Source of the DNA: an uncultured virus (IMG/VR IMGVR_UViG_3300022753_001683)
Taxonomy: Duplodnaviria; Heunggongvirae; Uroviricota; Caudoviricetes
DNA length: 64,000 nucleotides
Direction: 5' to 3' (one strand)
IMG/VR virus record: IMGVR_UViG_3300022753_001683
The notes beneath the pieces were generated by a model. That model did not search any database. It saw only the letters and a program-made list of their open reading frames with translations, and was not told the DNA's origin. Position 1 is the first letter of the stretch; the number at the start of each line of letters is the position of its first letter. Positions 61,324-64,000 of this stretch are shown piece by piece. Position numbers and translations under genes: made by a program.

Positions 61324-64000
61324 TATCTAACTACCTCCACTTCTTTTTCTTCCTCTTCAAGGACTTGTCGTAAATAATTATTCAAACGGTCACGATTAAC
61401 AAGCCAATTTAACCGCAATGTTTCAACATCATTCTCAGAAATAATTTGTGGATAAGCCTAAACATAAATTCTATATCCACCTTGATAATAGTTTTCCACT
61501 TGAATTGCATTAATTTCAATCATTTGTCGATTATTAAATATATAGAAGAAATTATAATTCTCAATATCACCCAATGGTTTATTAATGTTTTCTGGGTCTG
61601 CTATTACAGTAAAATTAAAGCGAGCTGCCAAATAATCTTCATAAGCTCGTAACTCAAGCTTTGTTAAATTATCTTTATCACCATATTGTTCTTCTAATGT
61701 ATAAGTTCTAGTTTCAGCTTTGCAATAAACATATACCTAAATACCAGATTGAACTCTTAAATCTAAATCTCCATGAACATTCAATGGTAAATTATAGAAA
61801 TAATGAGCTAAACCATTATCCTCATTATTATCTGTAAATAATGCTTCTGCATCAAAAGCTGTTGAACCAAACAGTACATAAGTACCATATTCAATCTCTT
61901 CAAAATCCGCGTCTGTAACAGCTGGATATTGTCCTGTTGTAGGATCCACAATACCATGTGCAGGATTTGGAATATATCTCCAATAAGTATTATCACTTTT
62001 ACGCAATAAAATACTATTACCATATTGTAATGCTGCAGGCCAATTACCATAATTTAAATCATTATTCCAAACATAAGATAATTTCTTTACGCCACATTCG
62101 TAAATTGGAATTGAGCGATATTGAATATATACAATACTTGGAATAGTTGCTTTTAAGCCATTCCAGCCTTCAAATAGATTTCGACTAAAAACACCAGATT
62201 TAGTTTCATAAATTTTTTCTTTTGTAATAGGATCTAAGGCGTATGAACCATCTGCCTCTAACTTATATTCATCAATATCATAAGTATATAGTTCTTGTTT
62301 TTCAGTTAGACCATATAATCCATATCCTACATAAGTCTGAGCATGAATATCTTGAATGGCTTCAAGATTATCTTCGTCTATATTTTCAACTGTTAAAATT
62401 AAATATCCTTTTACCAAACTTAAAATATCTGGAGGATTAATATATCGTAATGGCGCGGTTGAATAAGTATCTAGTTCTAATTCATAAGTGCCAGTTTTAT
62501 TAATGGCAAAATTATATTCTCCCCACTCAAAGCTCATACCATATGTGCTTGCTTTATTTATTGTATTTGTAGGATCTAAATCATAAATAAATTCAATCTT
62601 GCGACATCCAGCACCTTCTGTTAAATCATATTCAGAAAATTCTTTTGAATTTTTCATTACTCTTGCAAGATCGCTTAAAGAAATTGTTTTTTTCATATCA
62701 ATATGAACGATTTCGTCTTGAGCATTTAATAAAGAATAATTCGCAAGTGTACTAATATTAAATTTATCTACCTCTGATGCAGTACAAGAAAAGCTATGTA
62801 ACATTCTACTTATGGTATCATTAGGAGTCAGACTAACGTTGGTTAATCGAACAATATAACTACCTTCTTGTGGAGATTTAAATAATTTAATCTTACCATT
62901 ATTTAGCCATTCTAAAACGGCTAACTTAAATTTCCGCTCATAAGTGAAATTTTCGTCTGTAAGGGCAGTACCAGGTTCAATGAATGCACTGCGGATAAGA
63001 GTCTTATCTTCTTTAGTTCCAAACCATTCAAGGTCATCGCCAGTAAGAATCCAACTTTTATCAAGATCAGTTTTTTTCATAAATAATTGATCATTATCCA
63101 TATGATATGAAATTAAACCATTAATTGGAAACTCTTTATAATTTAAAATACCATTTCGTAAAATAAAAGGATATTGTCTACCAAGCGTAGTTTTTTTAGT
63201 TTCAGATAAAACTGACTTAAAAGAAGAAATTTTTGGATTAAAACGAATACGCAATTGTTTGTCACCATCATACAGAAAAGCATCTTCAAATACTGGAATT
63301 GTTAAATTAGCAGTAGATACTCTCTTAGAATAAATATTGCGTGAATTTACTTTTTGCAAAGAATACATATACTTTGCACCAGATTCAATAGCATAATCAA
63401 TATACTGATAACTACGAGTTTTTGATAATGCCATATTAATAGGAAGTTCTGCAATCGTTTCCCAAAGTCGATTTTCGCTCTAAAAGTCTTGTCTACAAAT
63501 AACAAAATTACCAATTAGAGGATATTCTTCTATTTTATTTTCTATTAAATATTTTGATTCAGGATAAATATGTAGAATTACACGAGCATTTTCATTATCT
63601 ACCTCTGTAGCTAAATATACATTTAATGTACTAATAGTGACTGTGGTTTGGGTAATTTCATAATTAACAGTATTTACTACTAATCCATTATTAGTAATAA
63701 TGCTGTACTATACTCGATAAATTTCGCCTTCTGTTAAATTAAATGTTAAAATACATTCATCTGAAGAAGCATCTAAATCGGTATCAGTTTGAGTATTATG
63801 AATTAACCATCCAGTATTTTGTAATTCTGCACCTTCACTATTAGAAAAAATAAAACGATATTGATATACTTTTTCTGATTCATCCTCATTCTGATAAGTG
63901 CCAATAAAAGATGTGTGTGAAATTGCAGTAATTGATTGCATATTTAAACCAGCAATTTCTACGATTGGCTTTGATGTATATTTTACAATAGCAACAGTAG
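61323..64000 (-). CDS. Large tail/baseplate structural protein (5' end beyond window); at least 4 in-frame TAG
   Basis: One frame through TAG 63708, 63480, 61737, 61458 to TAA overlapping the next ATG (TAATG); YKEFPINGLIS, ERKFK...WLNNGKIKLFKSPQEG. Confidence 0.7.

Noticed and set aside
26834..64000. TAG-interrupted genes as pseudogenes of a decaying prophage
   Set aside because: The interruptions are only TAG, never TAA/TGA or frameshifts, fall on expected Gln positions and leave motifs intact, so recoding explains them better
1..64000. tRNA genes (including an amber suppressor), rRNA, integrase, transposase, inteins in gyrA/dnaB/dnaE/nrdD
   Set aside because: I recognised no cloverleaf/T-loop, recombinase or intein splice motifs by eye, and protein lengths are normal; tRNAscan-SE or ARAGORN would be needed to be certain

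Overview
This window is part of a large double-stranded DNA phage genome. The host is probably an anaerobic Gram-positive bacterium (Bacillota/Clostridia), inferred from GGAGG ribosome-binding sites, consensus sigma-A promoters, NrdDG, DnaE and a SpoIID-type lysin. The + strand (1-27.9 kb) is a replication and nucleotide-metabolism block: RNase H end, GyrA, ATP ligase, ThyX-like protein, SSB-like protein, AAA ATPase, DnaB, primase, RecJ, RecD-like helicase, DAHP synthase, DUF262 protein, DnaE, Gmk, NrdDG, dUTPase and RuvC. The - strand (27.9-64 kb) carries lysis and tail/baseplate genes. The phage uses TAG as a sense codon, almost certainly Gln (code 15). About 40 in-frame TAGs interrupt nuclease, lysis and structural genes, several at conserved Gln positions, and every intact gene whose end I checked stops at TAA or TGA. 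The supplied ORF track therefore fragments or misses many genes. The standout feature is a self-contained operon at about 31.7-38.75 kb (- strand), with its own perfect sigma-A promoter and terminators on both sides, inserted between the tail fibre and the endolysin. It encodes two ~500-aa proteins, each a short leader followed by a long tetrapeptide-periodic Tyr/His/Asn/Ser/Thr/Gly repeat core; one is visible only with TAG readthrough. It also encodes two translationally coupled radical SAM (SPASM-type) enzymes and two unknown proteins. This is a candidate phage-encoded RiPP-like or protein-modification system with giant His/Tyr-repeat substrates. All calls are from motif recognition by eye; no database searches were run.
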